From assembly GCA_963798915.1 (NCBI GenBank), contig CAWCVB010000006.1, positions 416,001 to 480,000 on the forward strand: DNA of 64,000 nt. The letters are read 5' to 3'. The notes beneath the pieces are model-generated. The model was not told where the DNA came from. It ran no database searches and was given only the letters and a program-made list of their open reading frames with translations. The position numbers and the translations under genes are program-made. This stretch comes from an uncultured Gemmatimonadales bacterium. GTDB lineage: Bacteria > Gemmatimonadota > Gemmatimonadetes > Gemmatimonadales > GWC2-71-9. This document shows positions 9,753 to 20,300 of the stretch, in pieces. How positions within the stretch are numbered: the first letter of the stretch is position 1; each line of letters begins with the position of its first letter.

Positions 9753-11501
9753 TCAGTCGTCACCGTTCCGGTCTCGCTGATAGACCGGCTTGCCGTCGAG
9801 CCACGTCGACAGGACCCGTGCCTGCAGGATCTTGTCATCCGGCGCTGTCATGATGTCCTGATCCAACACGGTGAAGTCCGCGTACTTGCCCGCCGTGATC
9901 GAACCCATCAGCGAATCCTGGAACGCCGCATGGGCCGGCCAGATCGTCATGGACTCGAGTGCTTCCTGCCGAGTCATTCGCTGTTCCGGGTACCAGCCGC
10001 CTGGCGGCCAGCCCGTGGAATCCTGCCGCGTGACAGCCGAATGGAAGGTGATGAGTGGGTTCACTTCTTCTACCGGGAAATCGGTGCCATTCGGCACGAT
10101 GACGCCGGTCCTGAGCAGCGAGCGCCAGGCGTAGGCGCCCTTCACGCGCACCGGTCCCAGTCGGTCTTCCGCCCACCGCATGTCGCTGGTCTGGTGGCTG
10201 GCCTGCATCGAGGGAATCACGCCCAGCTTTGCGAAGCGCGGGATATCCTCCGGCGCGAGCACCTGGGCATGTTCGACCCGGAGCCGGGCATCAGTGGTCG
10301 GGACACGGGAGAGGGCGGTTTCGTAGGCATCCAGCGCATTGCGGTTCCCCCGGTCGCCGATGGCGTGAGTGCTGACCTGAAACCCGTGCCGGAGTGCCGC
10401 CTCGGTCCGCTCCTCCAGATGATCCCTGCTGGAGACCAGCAGGCCGGTGTTACTCCGGTCGTCTGCGTACGGGGCGAGGAGGGCTGCCCCGCGCGAGCCG
10501 AGCGCACCATCAGCATAGAGCTTGATGCCGCGAATCCAGACGCGACCGCCGTAGAGGGCAGTCTGGGGGCCGCGGTTGAAGTAATACGCCAGATCGGCGG
10601 AGTCGTCGCTCACCATCACGTATTCGCGCAGAGTGAGCTTCCCTGCGCTCGCCAGCGCCTCGACCTGCTCGATAGTTTGCCGGGAAATGCCCATGTCCTG
10701 GACCGACACGAGCCCCCATCGGTTGCACTCGGCAGCTGCGGCGAGCAGGGCTGCACGCACATCGGCCTCGGTCTCTGGAGGCACCGCGCTCCGCACCAGG
10801 CTCATCGCATTGTCAATGAATACGCCTGACGGGGTGCCGTCTGCGAGCCGCTCGATGCGCCCACCCACAGGATCTTTGGTGGCGGACGTGATGTGGGCCG
10901 CTTTCATCGCAGCGGTGTTAACCAGTACGGCATGACCATCGATCCGCTCCAGCAGCACCGGATGGTCAGGCACCGCGCTGTCGAGCGCCGCAGCGGTGGG
11001 GAATCGTTTCTGTGCCCAGCGGTTCTGGTCCCAGCCACGCCCGATAATCCAGTGTCCGAGCGGCGCTGAGCGTGCCCGCGCCGCCACCCGCTGGATGACT
11101 TCCGTGTAGCTGCCCACCCCGCGCAGATCCACCGATTGCAGCGAAAAGCCAAGCTCCACGAGATGCGCGTGCGCATCGGCGAGTCCGGGCAGTACCGTTG
11201 CAGCACCCAGGTCGACCTGCCGAGTGGCCGGGCCTCTCCATCGTTCTGCGTCCGCTCTCGAGCCGACGAAGACAAACCTGCCGTTCCGGACAGCGAACGC
11301 CTCGGCACGGGGTCGGGTGGAATCGACGGTGTAAATGTGTCGGCTGGTGACGATGAGATCGGCGGACGGCGGCGTGGCTTGCGCCAGGAGCGCGAGTGGC
11401 ACACCCAGCAGGGCGGAAGGGGCCAGCGCGAGGAAGCGGCCAGCGAGTTTAGGAAATGTCATGCCCGGAACGTGGACCATGCCGGGTTCCATGGCAAGCA
11501 C
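9753..11501 (-). CDS. Amidohydrolase family 3 (YtcJ-like), probably exported
   Basis: PGLADAHAH, KLYADGALGSRGA, HAIGDRGN, RVEHAQ and GTDFP. Start uncertain (11462-11501). Confidence 0.9.
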   Translation of the reverse strand: MLAMEPGMVHVPGMTFPKLAGRFLALAPSALLGVPLALLAQATPPSADLIVTSRHIYTVDSTRPRAEAFAVRNGRFVFVGSRADAERWRGPATRQVDLGAATVLPGLADAHAHLVELGFSLQSVDLRGVGSYTEVIQRVAARARSAPLGHWIIGRGWDQNRWAQKRFPTAAALDSAVPDHPVLLERIDGHAVLVNTAAMKAAHITSATKDPVGGRIERLADGTPSGVFIDNAMSLVRSAVPPETEADVRAALLAAAAECNRWGLVSVQDMGISRQTIEQVEALASAGKLTLREYVMVSDDSADLAYYFNRGPQTALYGGRVWIRGIKLYADGALGSRGAALLAPYADDRSNTGLLVSSRDHLEERTEAALRHGFQVSTHAIGDRGNRNALDAYETALSRVPTTDARLRVEHAQVLAPEDIPRFAKLGVIPSMQASHQTSDMRWAEDRLGPVRVKGAYAWRSLLRTGVIVPNGTDFPVEEVNPLITFHSAVTRQDSTGWPPGGWYPEQRMTRQEALESMTIWPAHAAFQDSLMGSITAGKYADFTVLDQDIMTAPDDKILQARVLSTWLDGKPVYQRDRNGDD

Positions 11502-11515
11502 CGTGGAGCCCCGCC

Positions 11516-12400
11516 TCAGGCTTCCCCGTTGTGCAGGGCGCGTCCCACCACGATCGTGACATTGTCGGTCCCGCCGCCGTCGAGCGCGTCCTGCAGCAGG
11601 GCCTCACAAACCTGCCGGCTCGAGGACATGGCCAGCAACTGCTCGGCAATCCGCGCATCCGGCACATGGCGGGTGAGCCCATCGCTGCACAGGAGATGGA
11701 CGTCGCCCCATCGGTTCTCGTACCGGGTCACCTGTGGCGCCGTCTGGCTGCCCCCAATCGAGCTGGAAAGCATGCTGGCCCAGCGAGTGTGGGGGGCGTC
11801 CGCCGGCTTGAGCACGCCCAGTTCGATCAGCTCGGCCGCCATGGTCTGGTCGCGGGAAATCTGGGTCAGCGCGCCGTCGCGCAGCAGGTAGCAACGGCTG
11901 TCACCGACCTGCAGCAAGTACACCCTCGGCCAGACCCCGAGCCACAGCGAGAGCGTCGTTGCCATGCCCTTTCGCTCCGGATCTTGCTCGCTCGCCTGCA
12001 CCATGTCGGCGTGCACCTGCATGGCCGCCTCCGAGAGCGTCTCGGTGAAGCCGGCGTCGTTGGACGGATCAGCCGTGTAGTAGCACTGGATGCTCTCGGT
12101 GAGATAGCGGGTCACGCGCTCGAGCGCCTGACGGCTGGCTTCCTCGCCCTTGGCATTGCCGCCCACACCGTCCGCCACCATGGCCAGGAAGGCCAATCGC
12201 TCAGCAGGGTCGGTCAGCAGATGGGAGTCAGGCAGGCTTGACAGTTTTACCCGCACCTGCCGTTCCAGCGAGCAGATGAGGAAATGATCCTGGTTGGAGC
12301 TTCGCACCTTGCCCTGATGGGTCAGGCCGAAGACGTCGATCTCGCTGTCGCGCGGTTTGCGGCCGGCGGCTGGAGTGACGCTGTGTTCGCTGGTCGCCAT
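11516..12400 (-). CDS. PP2C-family Ser/Thr protein phosphatase
   Basis: RSSNQD, VADGVGG, MATT, VGDSR, LCSDGL and GGTDNVT. AAGGGAG precedes ATG 12400. Confidence 0.93.
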   Translation of the reverse strand: MATSEHSVTPAAGRKPRDSEIDVFGLTHQGKVRSSNQDHFLICSLERQVRVKLSSLPDSHLLTDPAERLAFLAMVADGVGGNAKGEEASRQALERVTRYLTESIQCYYTADPSNDAGFTETLSEAAMQVHADMVQASEQDPERKGMATTLSLWLGVWPRVYLLQVGDSRCYLLRDGALTQISRDQTMAAELIELGVLKPADAPHTRWASMLSSSIGGSQTAPQVTRYENRWGDVHLLCSDGLTRHVPDARIAEQLLAMSSSRQVCEALLQDALDGGGTDNVTIVVGRALHNGEA

Positions 12401-12527
12401 CGCCGACGCTCCCTTGGGCCGAAGCTGCACGTCCAAGCTATGCCAGAATGGGGCGCACGGATAGGTGGGCGGCCGGTCTCGGGCCCTGGGACCGCCAGGC
12501 GCGCAGCTGATTCGGCATATTGGGAGG

Positions 12528-13007
12528 ATGCCCAACGATTCCGCCGCCCCGATCCCTGTAGCCACCCCGATGCTGTTCTACGACGGCGAATGCGGCCTGT
12601 GTGCCCATTCGGTGCGCTGGGTGCTTTCGCATGAGGGCCGCCGACGAGACCTGAGCTTCATCAGCCTCCAAGGCCCAACAGCGCGGGCGCTCAAGCAACG
12701 CCATCCGTGGCTGGAAACGGTGGACTCGCTGATCTGGCTCGAGGCCGACAGCGCTGGCCGACCTGGGCGGCCCCAGGTTCGATCCGATGCGGTGTTGGCG
12801 GCGTTGCGCTATGTCGGTGGCGCCTGGGGAGCGCTGGCTGCCGCCTTTCGCCTGGTGCCCTGGCCACTACGCGACACCGCCTATGATCTGGTGGCGCGCC
12901 ATCGGCATGGGCTCCATCGGAACCCCGAATGCCTCCTGCCAGCACCAGAGCAACGCACCAGGTTCCCGGAACTGTCCGGGGCCGCTAGCAACACGACCTG
13001 CTCCTGA
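12528..13007 (+). CDS. DCC family thiol-disulfide oxidoreductase (DUF393)
   Basis: YDGECGLC, RSDAVL and RDTAYDLVARHR. Confidence 0.88.
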   Translation: MPNDSAAPIPVATPMLFYDGECGLCAHSVRWVLSHEGRRRDLSFISLQGPTARALKQRHPWLETVDSLIWLEADSAGRPGRPQVRSDAVLAALRYVGGAWGALAAAFRLVPWPLRDTAYDLVARHRHGLHRNPECLLPAPEQRTRFPELSGAASNTTCS

Positions 13008-13023
13008 GCGGGCCACGTTTGCG

Positions 13024-14565
13024 CTACGCCGCCTCGCGTCGGCGGTCCAACGTCCGATACTGGATGGCCTCGGCCACGTGAGCAGGCTGAATGTCCGCTT
13101 CGCCGGCCAGATCGGAGATGGTCCGCGCAATCTTGATGATGCGGTGATAGGCGCGGGCCGAGAGCCCCAGGCGCTGCATGGCCAGTTTCAGCAGTTGCTC
13201 GCTCGGGGCCGTCAGGGGGCAGCACCGCCGCACATCCCGCGGCACCATGTGGGCATTGGCGTAGATGCCCGGGCGCTCGCGAAATCGCGCCCGCTGCCGC
13301 TGGCGTGCGAGTTCCACCCGCTCGCGGACCGCGCTGCTGGGCTCCTCCGAATGACTGCCGGAGAGTTCCCGATAGGCAACGGCCGGAACGTGAAGATGAA
13401 TGTCGATGCGATCCAGCAGTGGGCCCGATACCCGCGCAAGATAGCGTTCGATGGCCTGGGCGTCGCAGCGGCAGGAGTGGACCGGGTCTCCGTGATGTCC
13501 GCAAGGACACGGATTCATGGCGGCCGCCAGCATGAAGCGCGCGGGATAGGTCAGGCTGATCGCGGCCCGTGACAAGGTCACGACCCCATCTTCCATCGGC
13601 TGGCGCAGGACCTCCAGAACGTTCTTCCGGAATTCCGGCAGCTCATCCAGGAACAGTACCCCGCCATGCGCCAGACTCACCTCACCGGGCCGGGGATTCG
13701 AGCCGCCGCCAATCAGGCCGGCATCACTGATAGTGTGGTGCGGTGAACGAAATGGGCGTACGGCACACAGCGACTGGCCGGCCGGCAGGTTCCCGGCCAC
13801 ACTGTGGATGCGGGTGGTCTCGAGCGCCTCCTCGAGCGGCATGCACGGCAGGATGGTCGGCAGGCGTCGGGCCAGCATCGTCTTCCCGGCGCCGGGCGGT
13901 CCGACCAGGATCACGTTGTGCGAGCCAGCAGCCGCAATCTCCAGTGCCCGCTTTGCCGCGGCCTGGCCACGCACGTCGGCGAAGTCCACCACATCCTGCG
14001 CCCGCTGCTTCATGAGCGCAGCGAGATCCACGTGCATGCGTTGGAGCGTGCCGCTCCTGCCGTCCAGCCATGCGCAAATCTCGGAAAGAGTGTCCGCACC
14101 GAGGACCGCTATGCCCTCTGCAACGGACGCCTCGGCCAGGTTCGCTGCGGGCAGCACCACGCCTCGGCAGCCGGCAGCCCGGGCCCGGAGTGCCATCGAG
14201 AGTGCGCCTCGAACCGGGCGGAGGTCCCCCTCCAGGCCAACTTCGCCCAGCACGACCATGCCCTCCAGCTCATGACCGTCCACCTGCCCGCTGGCCACGA
14301 GGATCCCAAGAGCAATGGGGAGATCGAGCGCCGAGCCGTCCTTGCGGATGTCGGCCGGGGCGAGATTGACGGTGATTCGCCGGAGGGGAAAGGCGTAGCC
14401 GGCGTTCTGAAGCGCGGCATTCACCCGTTCCCGCCCCTCCTTGACCGCGCCTTGCGGCAACCCGACGGTGGCAAAGGACGGCATGCCGCTGGCGATGTCG
14501 ACCTCCACCTCCATCAGGTAGGCATCAACACCCAGAACGGCGGCGGAGCGGATTCGTGCGAGCAT
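13024..14565 (-). CDS. comM: YifB/ComM Mg-chelatase-like AAA+ ATPase
   Basis: TVNLAPADIRK, GPPGAGKT, PFRSPHH, LFLDELPEF, NPCPCG and LSARAY. Confidence 0.95.
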   Translation of the reverse strand: MLARIRSAAVLGVDAYLMEVEVDIASGMPSFATVGLPQGAVKEGRERVNAALQNAGYAFPLRRITVNLAPADIRKDGSALDLPIALGILVASGQVDGHELEGMVVLGEVGLEGDLRPVRGALSMALRARAAGCRGVVLPAANLAEASVAEGIAVLGADTLSEICAWLDGRSGTLQRMHVDLAALMKQRAQDVVDFADVRGQAAAKRALEIAAAGSHNVILVGPPGAGKTMLARRLPTILPCMPLEEALETTRIHSVAGNLPAGQSLCAVRPFRSPHHTISDAGLIGGGSNPRPGEVSLAHGGVLFLDELPEFRKNVLEVLRQPMEDGVVTLSRAAISLTYPARFMLAAAMNPCPCGHHGDPVHSCRCDAQAIERYLARVSGPLLDRIDIHLHVPAVAYRELSGSHSEEPSSAVRERVELARQRQRARFRERPGIYANAHMVPRDVRRCCPLTAPSEQLLKLAMQRLGLSARAYHRIIKIARTISDLAGEADIQPAHVAEAIQYRTLDRRREAA

Positions 14566-14735
14566 GCACCGTCCAGAATCGAGACAGCGCAAAGATGCAC
14601 GACACCAGACGCTGGATCGGCACCTGATTCGTTCATGGCGGTGCAAGATGACTCATCGGCGATGCGCGGACACAGTCGCGGGATGCGAGTCCAGCGGGTG
14701 ACCGATGCACTCGGAATCAGTTCCATCCCGACACT

Positions 14736-14780
14736 TTCCAATCACTTAGGCGCAGCGAGCGGAGCGGCCCGCTTCCTGCA
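14736..14780 (+). promoter_or_regulatory. Candidate sigma54 -24/-12 promoter with upstream IHF-like site
   Basis: CGGCCCGCTTCCTGCA at 14765-14780 (GG-N10-GC) and CAA-N4-TTA in TTCCAATCACTTA at 14736-14748, about 40 bp before ATG 14821. Confidence 0.5.
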
Positions 14781-14820
14781 CAGTTGCTGTACAGTCCCCG
14801 TTTCCCATACGCCGAACGCC

Positions 14821-15540
14821 ATGCCTGTGACGACACCGGAATCCGAAGGCCGCGAACTCTCCGCCCTGGACGGCTGGACCCGCACCATTGTGGCCTCGTT
14901 TGCGTTCCTGATTACGGCGCTCACCACGCAGCTTGTCCGGGTCAGCTGGTTCGGGCCGTCGGCCCAACCGCTGAGCACTCGGCCCGCGCTGGCGTGGCGG
15001 GCGGCGCCGAGCCGCCCGCTCGCGCTCGAGGTCCGGGAGGGCATGGCGGTGGTGCGGCAGCTGGAGGCCAGCGCGTTCGCCGACTCGGCGCGCGCTATTC
15101 TTGGAAGGCCCGGCACCGCGATCGGGCTGGTCGGATCAACCGGCCGCGAAGCGAGGCACATCGGCGAGTATATCCGTTCGCGGGATTCTGTCGCGCTGGC
15201 GCCGTCGGCCATCTTCAGCGAGGCCCAGCTCCAGCACGCCTACCTGCACGAGCTCAGCCACCACTGGATGGCGCGTCACGAAGACCTCGGCCGTCGCTTG
15301 CTCGGCGAACTGCCCCCGCTGACGGACTCGACACGATACGGCTACGGCGATCCGGAGGAGCATGCCGCCGAAGCACTGGCGCACGCTGTTCAGTTCTGGC
15401 GCGCGTCGCACCGCGGCCCCGACTCGCGGAGCCGGGGACGGCTGCTTGATGCCTATGAAACTGTCATGCCCGGCACACGGCTGGCCTATCTCACGTTGAT
15501 TGAAGCCGGAAACCTTCCCATGCAGGATGTCAGAGAGTGA
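14821..15540 (+). CDS. Membrane-anchored zincin-like metallopeptidase (HEXXH)
   Basis: C-terminal part of track ORF 13804..15540, restarted at ATG 14821. N-terminal hydrophobic helix, YLHELSHHW and downstream PEEHAAEALA. Confidence 0.75.
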   Translation: MPVTTPESEGRELSALDGWTRTIVASFAFLITALTTQLVRVSWFGPSAQPLSTRPALAWRAAPSRPLALEVREGMAVVRQLEASAFADSARAILGRPGTAIGLVGSTGREARHIGEYIRSRDSVALAPSAIFSEAQLQHAYLHELSHHWMARHEDLGRRLLGELPPLTDSTRYGYGDPEEHAAEALAHAVQFWRASHRGPDSRSRGRLLDAYETVMPGTRLAYLTLIEAGNLPMQDVRE

Positions 15541-17303
15541 AGCGTCGCGTCCGTCTGGTCCGTTACGTCTCCCTTGGGACACTCGCGCTGGTCGCGATTG
15601 GAACCATTGCCTGGATCACGACCCGAGCCGCCCGTCAGCTCGGCACTTCGACGACCGTGCCATACTCCACGCTCCTCGAGCGCCTGAACGCCGGCAGGGT
15701 CGACTCCCTGGTTGTCACCCCCGGCCACTCGGTGACCGCCTGGCAAGCGGGCATTCGAACGCGGGCCGTCTACACGGCAGCCAGTACCGACGACCTGACA
15801 GCCCGTGCCATGCAGACCGGCACTTCGGTCAGCTTCCGCCCGTCAGGCCAGGGCGCCACCCCCTATCTCGCCGTGACCCTTGCGCTCGGGCTCCTGATTG
15901 CCGGCAGCGTGCTGTTGCGCCGCAACGCGGGGCTTGGAATCGGCGGCCGTGACCTGGGTGAGCGTGCGGACTCTCAGACCACCTTCGATCAGGTAGCGGG
16001 CAATGGTGGCGCCAAGAGCGAGCTTCAGGAGGTAGTGCAGTCGCTCCGCGACCCGGACCGGTTCAGCAGGGTCGGCGCACGCACGCCTCGAGGCGTGCTT
16101 CTCTACGGACCTCCGGGCACCGGCAAGACATTGATGGCCCGCGCGGTCGCCGGCGAAGCGGGCGTTCCCTTCTGGACCCTTTCGGGCTCCGAGGTAACGG
16201 GTTTCATCGTGGGGCTTGGCGCGATGCGCATCAAGTCACTTTTCCGCAAGGCACGGAAGCGTGGTGGCGTGATCTTCATTGATGAGATCGATGCGCTGGG
16301 TGGGCAGCGTGGCAGCAATCGCGCGCATAACGAAGACGATCGGACGCTGAACCAGCTGCTGGTGGAAATGGATGGATTCACCGTCCAGCATAACGTGGTC
16401 GTCATCGCGGCGACCAACCGGCCGAGCGACCTCGACAAGGCGCTGCTGCGGCCCGGCCGGTTTGATCGCTCCATCAATGTGCCCCTGCCGACGGCGCCTG
16501 AGCGCGAGGCGATTCTCTCGCTGCACGTGCGCGAGCGCAAGGTTCCTGTGTCGGGCGGCGTCGATCTTTCTCGCCTGGCGCGGCTCATGCCGCAGACCAG
16601 CGGCGCTGACCTGGCCAACCTCTTGAATGAGGCGGCCATCGTGGCCGCGCGCGAGGACGCCGAGAGCGTCACCTGGCCGCATTTCGAGGCAGCGCGCGAC
16701 CGGGTGCTGCTCGGGAAGGAACGCCAGGGCCTGACCGCCAGCGATGCCGAATGGCGTCTGGTCGCCATGCACGAGTCAGGACACGCCCTGCTGGGCGTGG
16801 TCGGCTGTCCGGATGACCCGCTCCACAAGGTCACCATTCAGCCGCGCGGCGAGGCGATGGGTGTGGCCTTCTTTGCGCCGGATGCTGATCGGCACCTCCA
16901 CTCCCGGCGTTATCTCGAAGGCCAGATCCTCAAGGGCCTCGGTGGCCGCGCGGCTGAGGAAGTGATCTTTGGCCCCGACCGCGTCACCAGCGGCGCCCGA
17001 AGCGACCTGCAGCACGTCACCCGGGTCGCACGCGAAATGGTGTACCATCTGGGGATGGGAGAGACCGCCGGCTTGATGGTCTACGACAGCGACGCGCCAC
17101 CCAGCGAAGAGGTCCGCGCATTGATGGACCGCGAGGTCCGCGGGCTGCTCGATCGCCTGTATGCCGAGGCGCTGGCCGTGGTTCGCCGGCACCGGTCGGC
17201 GCTGGAGGCGCTGGGCGAGGCGCTGCTTGAGCATGAGACACTCGATGCGCGCGAGGCACTGGCCATTTTCGAGGCCCATGGCGTGGCCACGCAGGCCAGC
17301 TGA
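15537..17303 (+). CDS. ftsH: ATP-dependent zinc metalloprotease, FtsH family (probable paralogue)
   Basis: Two TMs, GPPGTGKT, IFIDEID, TNRP-LDKALLRPGRFDR, HESGH and GARSDL. Confidence 0.92.
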   Translation: MKRRVRLVRYVSLGTLALVAIGTIAWITTRAARQLGTSTTVPYSTLLERLNAGRVDSLVVTPGHSVTAWQAGIRTRAVYTAASTDDLTARAMQTGTSVSFRPSGQGATPYLAVTLALGLLIAGSVLLRRNAGLGIGGRDLGERADSQTTFDQVAGNGGAKSELQEVVQSLRDPDRFSRVGARTPRGVLLYGPPGTGKTLMARAVAGEAGVPFWTLSGSEVTGFIVGLGAMRIKSLFRKARKRGGVIFIDEIDALGGQRGSNRAHNEDDRTLNQLLVEMDGFTVQHNVVVIAATNRPSDLDKALLRPGRFDRSINVPLPTAPEREAILSLHVRERKVPVSGGVDLSRLARLMPQTSGADLANLLNEAAIVAAREDAESVTWPHFEAARDRVLLGKERQGLTASDAEWRLVAMHESGHALLGVVGCPDDPLHKVTIQPRGEAMGVAFFAPDADRHLHSRRYLEGQILKGLGGRAAEEVIFGPDRVTSGARSDLQHVTRVAREMVYHLGMGETAGLMVYDSDAPPSEEVRALMDREVRGLLDRLYAEALAVVRRHRSALEALGEALLEHETLDAREALAIFEAHGVATQAS

Positions 17304-17304
17304 C

Positions 17305-20300
17305 CTAGGCCGGCGGGAGGGCCGTCGTTACGGTCACCGTGGTCCCCCGCCCCTCCTCGCTCGCAACGTCGATCGAACCACCCCATCCCTCCACCAGCCG
17401 TTTCACAATTGCCAGGCCCAGGCCTGAGCCGCTGGTGTTGGTCGAGAATCGCGGCTCGAAAATCCGGGCGGCGACCTCCGGCGACATGCCCGTGCCATCA
17501 TCCTCGACGGCGATTTGAAGCCCCTCGACATGCACGGTGACATGGCGGGCATCGGCTTCGCGGGCATTTTCCAGCAGATTGACCAGGACCTCGCGAGCCT
17601 CGTCGCGCCGGGCGCCGCCCCAGGCGGGCGGTGTCACCTGCAGCCGCACTTCAGTGCCGTCAGCGGTGAGCTGGTAGAGCTGGACGACGTCACGAGCCAC
17701 CGACTCGAGGTCCACGCGCTCCACCGGAATTTCGCTGCCCGCAGGCGCCGCGAATCGACTGAAGGCGCGGGCAATCGTGTCGAGTCGGTCAATTTCGGAG
17801 AGAATGCGCTCGGCAGTCTCCTCGAGGGTCCGGTCAAAATCGGGGCGGTGATCGGCGTGCACCCTCCGAAGGTGCTGCATGCCGAGGCGCATCGGGGTGA
17901 GCGGGTTCTTGATCTCATGGGCGACCTGCCGCGCCATCTCGCCCCACGCCAGCACCCGCTCGGCGCGAGACAGCTCAGTCACGTCGTTGAGCGCGACCAC
18001 CACACCATTGAGCTCGTTGCCCAGCGGAGCCATTTCGAGAGCAATCCGCCTCTCGCCAATCGTGAACTCACGAGCATCGCCCTCCGGCAGTGGAACCATG
18101 ACGTAGCGTTCGATTTCGGCGCGCACCTCAGCCCACTCCTCGGTCAGGCTTTCGGCGAGCGACGTCCCCTCCGTCAGGTCCGACTCCGTGAGGGAGCGGG
18201 CACGCGCATTCGCCATCATGATGCGCTCGTCAACGCCAATGGCGACCACACCGGTCGTGACGGTCGCGAGCACCGCCGCGGTGCGACGCCGAGCCTGCTC
18301 CAGCGCGGCCTGGCTCGCGTGGACATCGGCGGCCATGCGCTGGAAGGCCCCGAAAACCGGTTCAAATTCCACCGGTGGAGTGATCGAGGGCAATGGCACG
18401 GACTGGCCCTGGCCAAGTGCCAGCGCCGAGCGGCGCAGATCAGCCACGGGACGGGTCAGCGTCCGGGCAACCAGGCCGGCGCCGGCGATCGCGGCAGCGA
18501 TCCCGACTGACATGCCAAGCAGGAGCACGAGCGCCAGTTCGCGTTGCTGACGACCAGGATCGACATCGCCCCCGGCCTGGGGAGTGACCAGGACGCCCAG
18601 ACCGCTGGGAGGACCGAATTCAATCACCCGATAGCCGACCCGTTCGGCGAGCGATGGTATCAGGCCTGCCTGTGCGACCTCGAGATCGCCTCGAAGAGCC
18701 ATGGCCCTGAATGCGTCGGGATCCATGAGCGGACCCACAAGTCCGACGTCGCGCAGGATCGGCGCACTGGTGGCCACCAGCAAGCCGCCACGATAGAGTG
18801 CCAGGTCCGCATCCACCCGTTCACTGAGCCCACGCAACGAGGCATCGAGCGGCGCGCCCGGCGTCCGGAGGATCGAACCGGCGCCCTGCGCCGCATCTCG
18901 CAATGTCTGGCGGATCAGCAGGTCTCGCCCGCGCTCGGCTTCGCTCGAAAAGTGGGAAAATGCCCACAGGGAGAACGCGAGCGTTGGCAGCACGAAGAAG
19001 AGGGCCAGCGCCAGCACGACACGCAGACGGAACGAGTGCCCGATGCGCCGCCAGCCGAGGGTGACTCCCCAGCCGTCGTTGAGGCCCTCACTGGCACTCC
19101 AGATCAGGAACAGCAGCAGAATATCAAATACGGCGAGAAGCGCTCCTCGGACCAGTACAGGCGCCAGCCCCAGCAATTGCACACTGGCCTGCACCGCCCG
19201 CGGCCCGCCCGGCAAAGCCACCACCCGGCTGGAGCGAATAGTCCAGCCGCGCCGTGACCACGTGAGTGGACCGGACGACACGTGCTCTGCAGGCGACCCG
19301 AGCACCAGGCGATATGGCGCCGATCGTTCGGGCGATGGCGCCAGCAGGCGGCCGAGTCGGTCCTGGGCGATGAGGGCCGACCTGGGCCCGATCGCCACCG
19401 TGAGCGCCATGCCCGGTGCGTTGCGGATCGCGAGCACCTGATGCATCCCCGGGACAGCTGGAACCGCGCGGAGCTCCATCGCACCCAGGGTATCGGCAAG
19501 ACCGCGCGCCATGGCACTGACCAGGGCCTGCGGCACTGCCAGGGAGTCGAGCGGCAGTTCTGCGACGGCCTGCCGGCGGAGTCCCAGAGGGCAAGCTGTG
19601 CCGGGTAGCCGTCGGCGTGCAATGCCGACGCCTGCCACCGGGTGTACAGCTGCGCGGCGCTGGCTGGTGGGGACTCCGACATGATCCGCCGCGAGAAGCG
19701 CATCAGCAGTGGAGGAACGAAGGGATCGGCCTCGGCGCCCAGGCTGTCGATGTCGCGCTGTGCCAGGGCCATCCGACTCCGAACATCAGCGCGCCAGATG
19801 AGGAGCGACGCCAGCAGGCCCAGGACGGCGCCAGTCGAAGCGAGCGCGACCATGCGTGAGCGCGGAGTCATGCCAATGAGCAGCGGGAGCACAAACAGGA
19901 GCGGCAATGCGATCGACCAGTCCGCTGCGGGCGCCCAGCTCCACAGGGCAGCGACCGCGATCAACCCGCTGATGAGGACACCCGCGACCGCCGCCCAGCG
20001 GGCGTCGGTGCGACCAAGCAGCGACCGGGCCAGCACGGCGAGCGCTGCTGCGGCAACCACCAGGGCGCCCTGCCACACCAGCCAGAGGGCGATGCCGGGA
20101 CCAGTTGACGGCGGCGTGACTCGCTGCCCAAAGCGCCAGACCACGAGTACCGCGCCGATGGCGAGGAGCGCTGCCAGCATCCGAGGGAGCCAGCCGTTGC
20201 TGCGTGTCCGACGCCAGCTTTGCAACGCGAGCATGGTCACCAGCAGCCGGTGAGCGCCAGGGCCACCGGCGATGCCGACAGGGGGCCCAGGGCGGAATCA

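Noticed and set aside
13804..14820. N-terminal 339 aa of the 578-aa track ORF
   Set aside because: Antisense to comM and spanning the intergenic region. Only the part from ATG 14821 looks like a real protein.
13024..17303. Mobile element integrated at comM, a known hotspot
   Set aside because: comM is intact, and no integrase, att-like duplication or clear compositional shift is visible.
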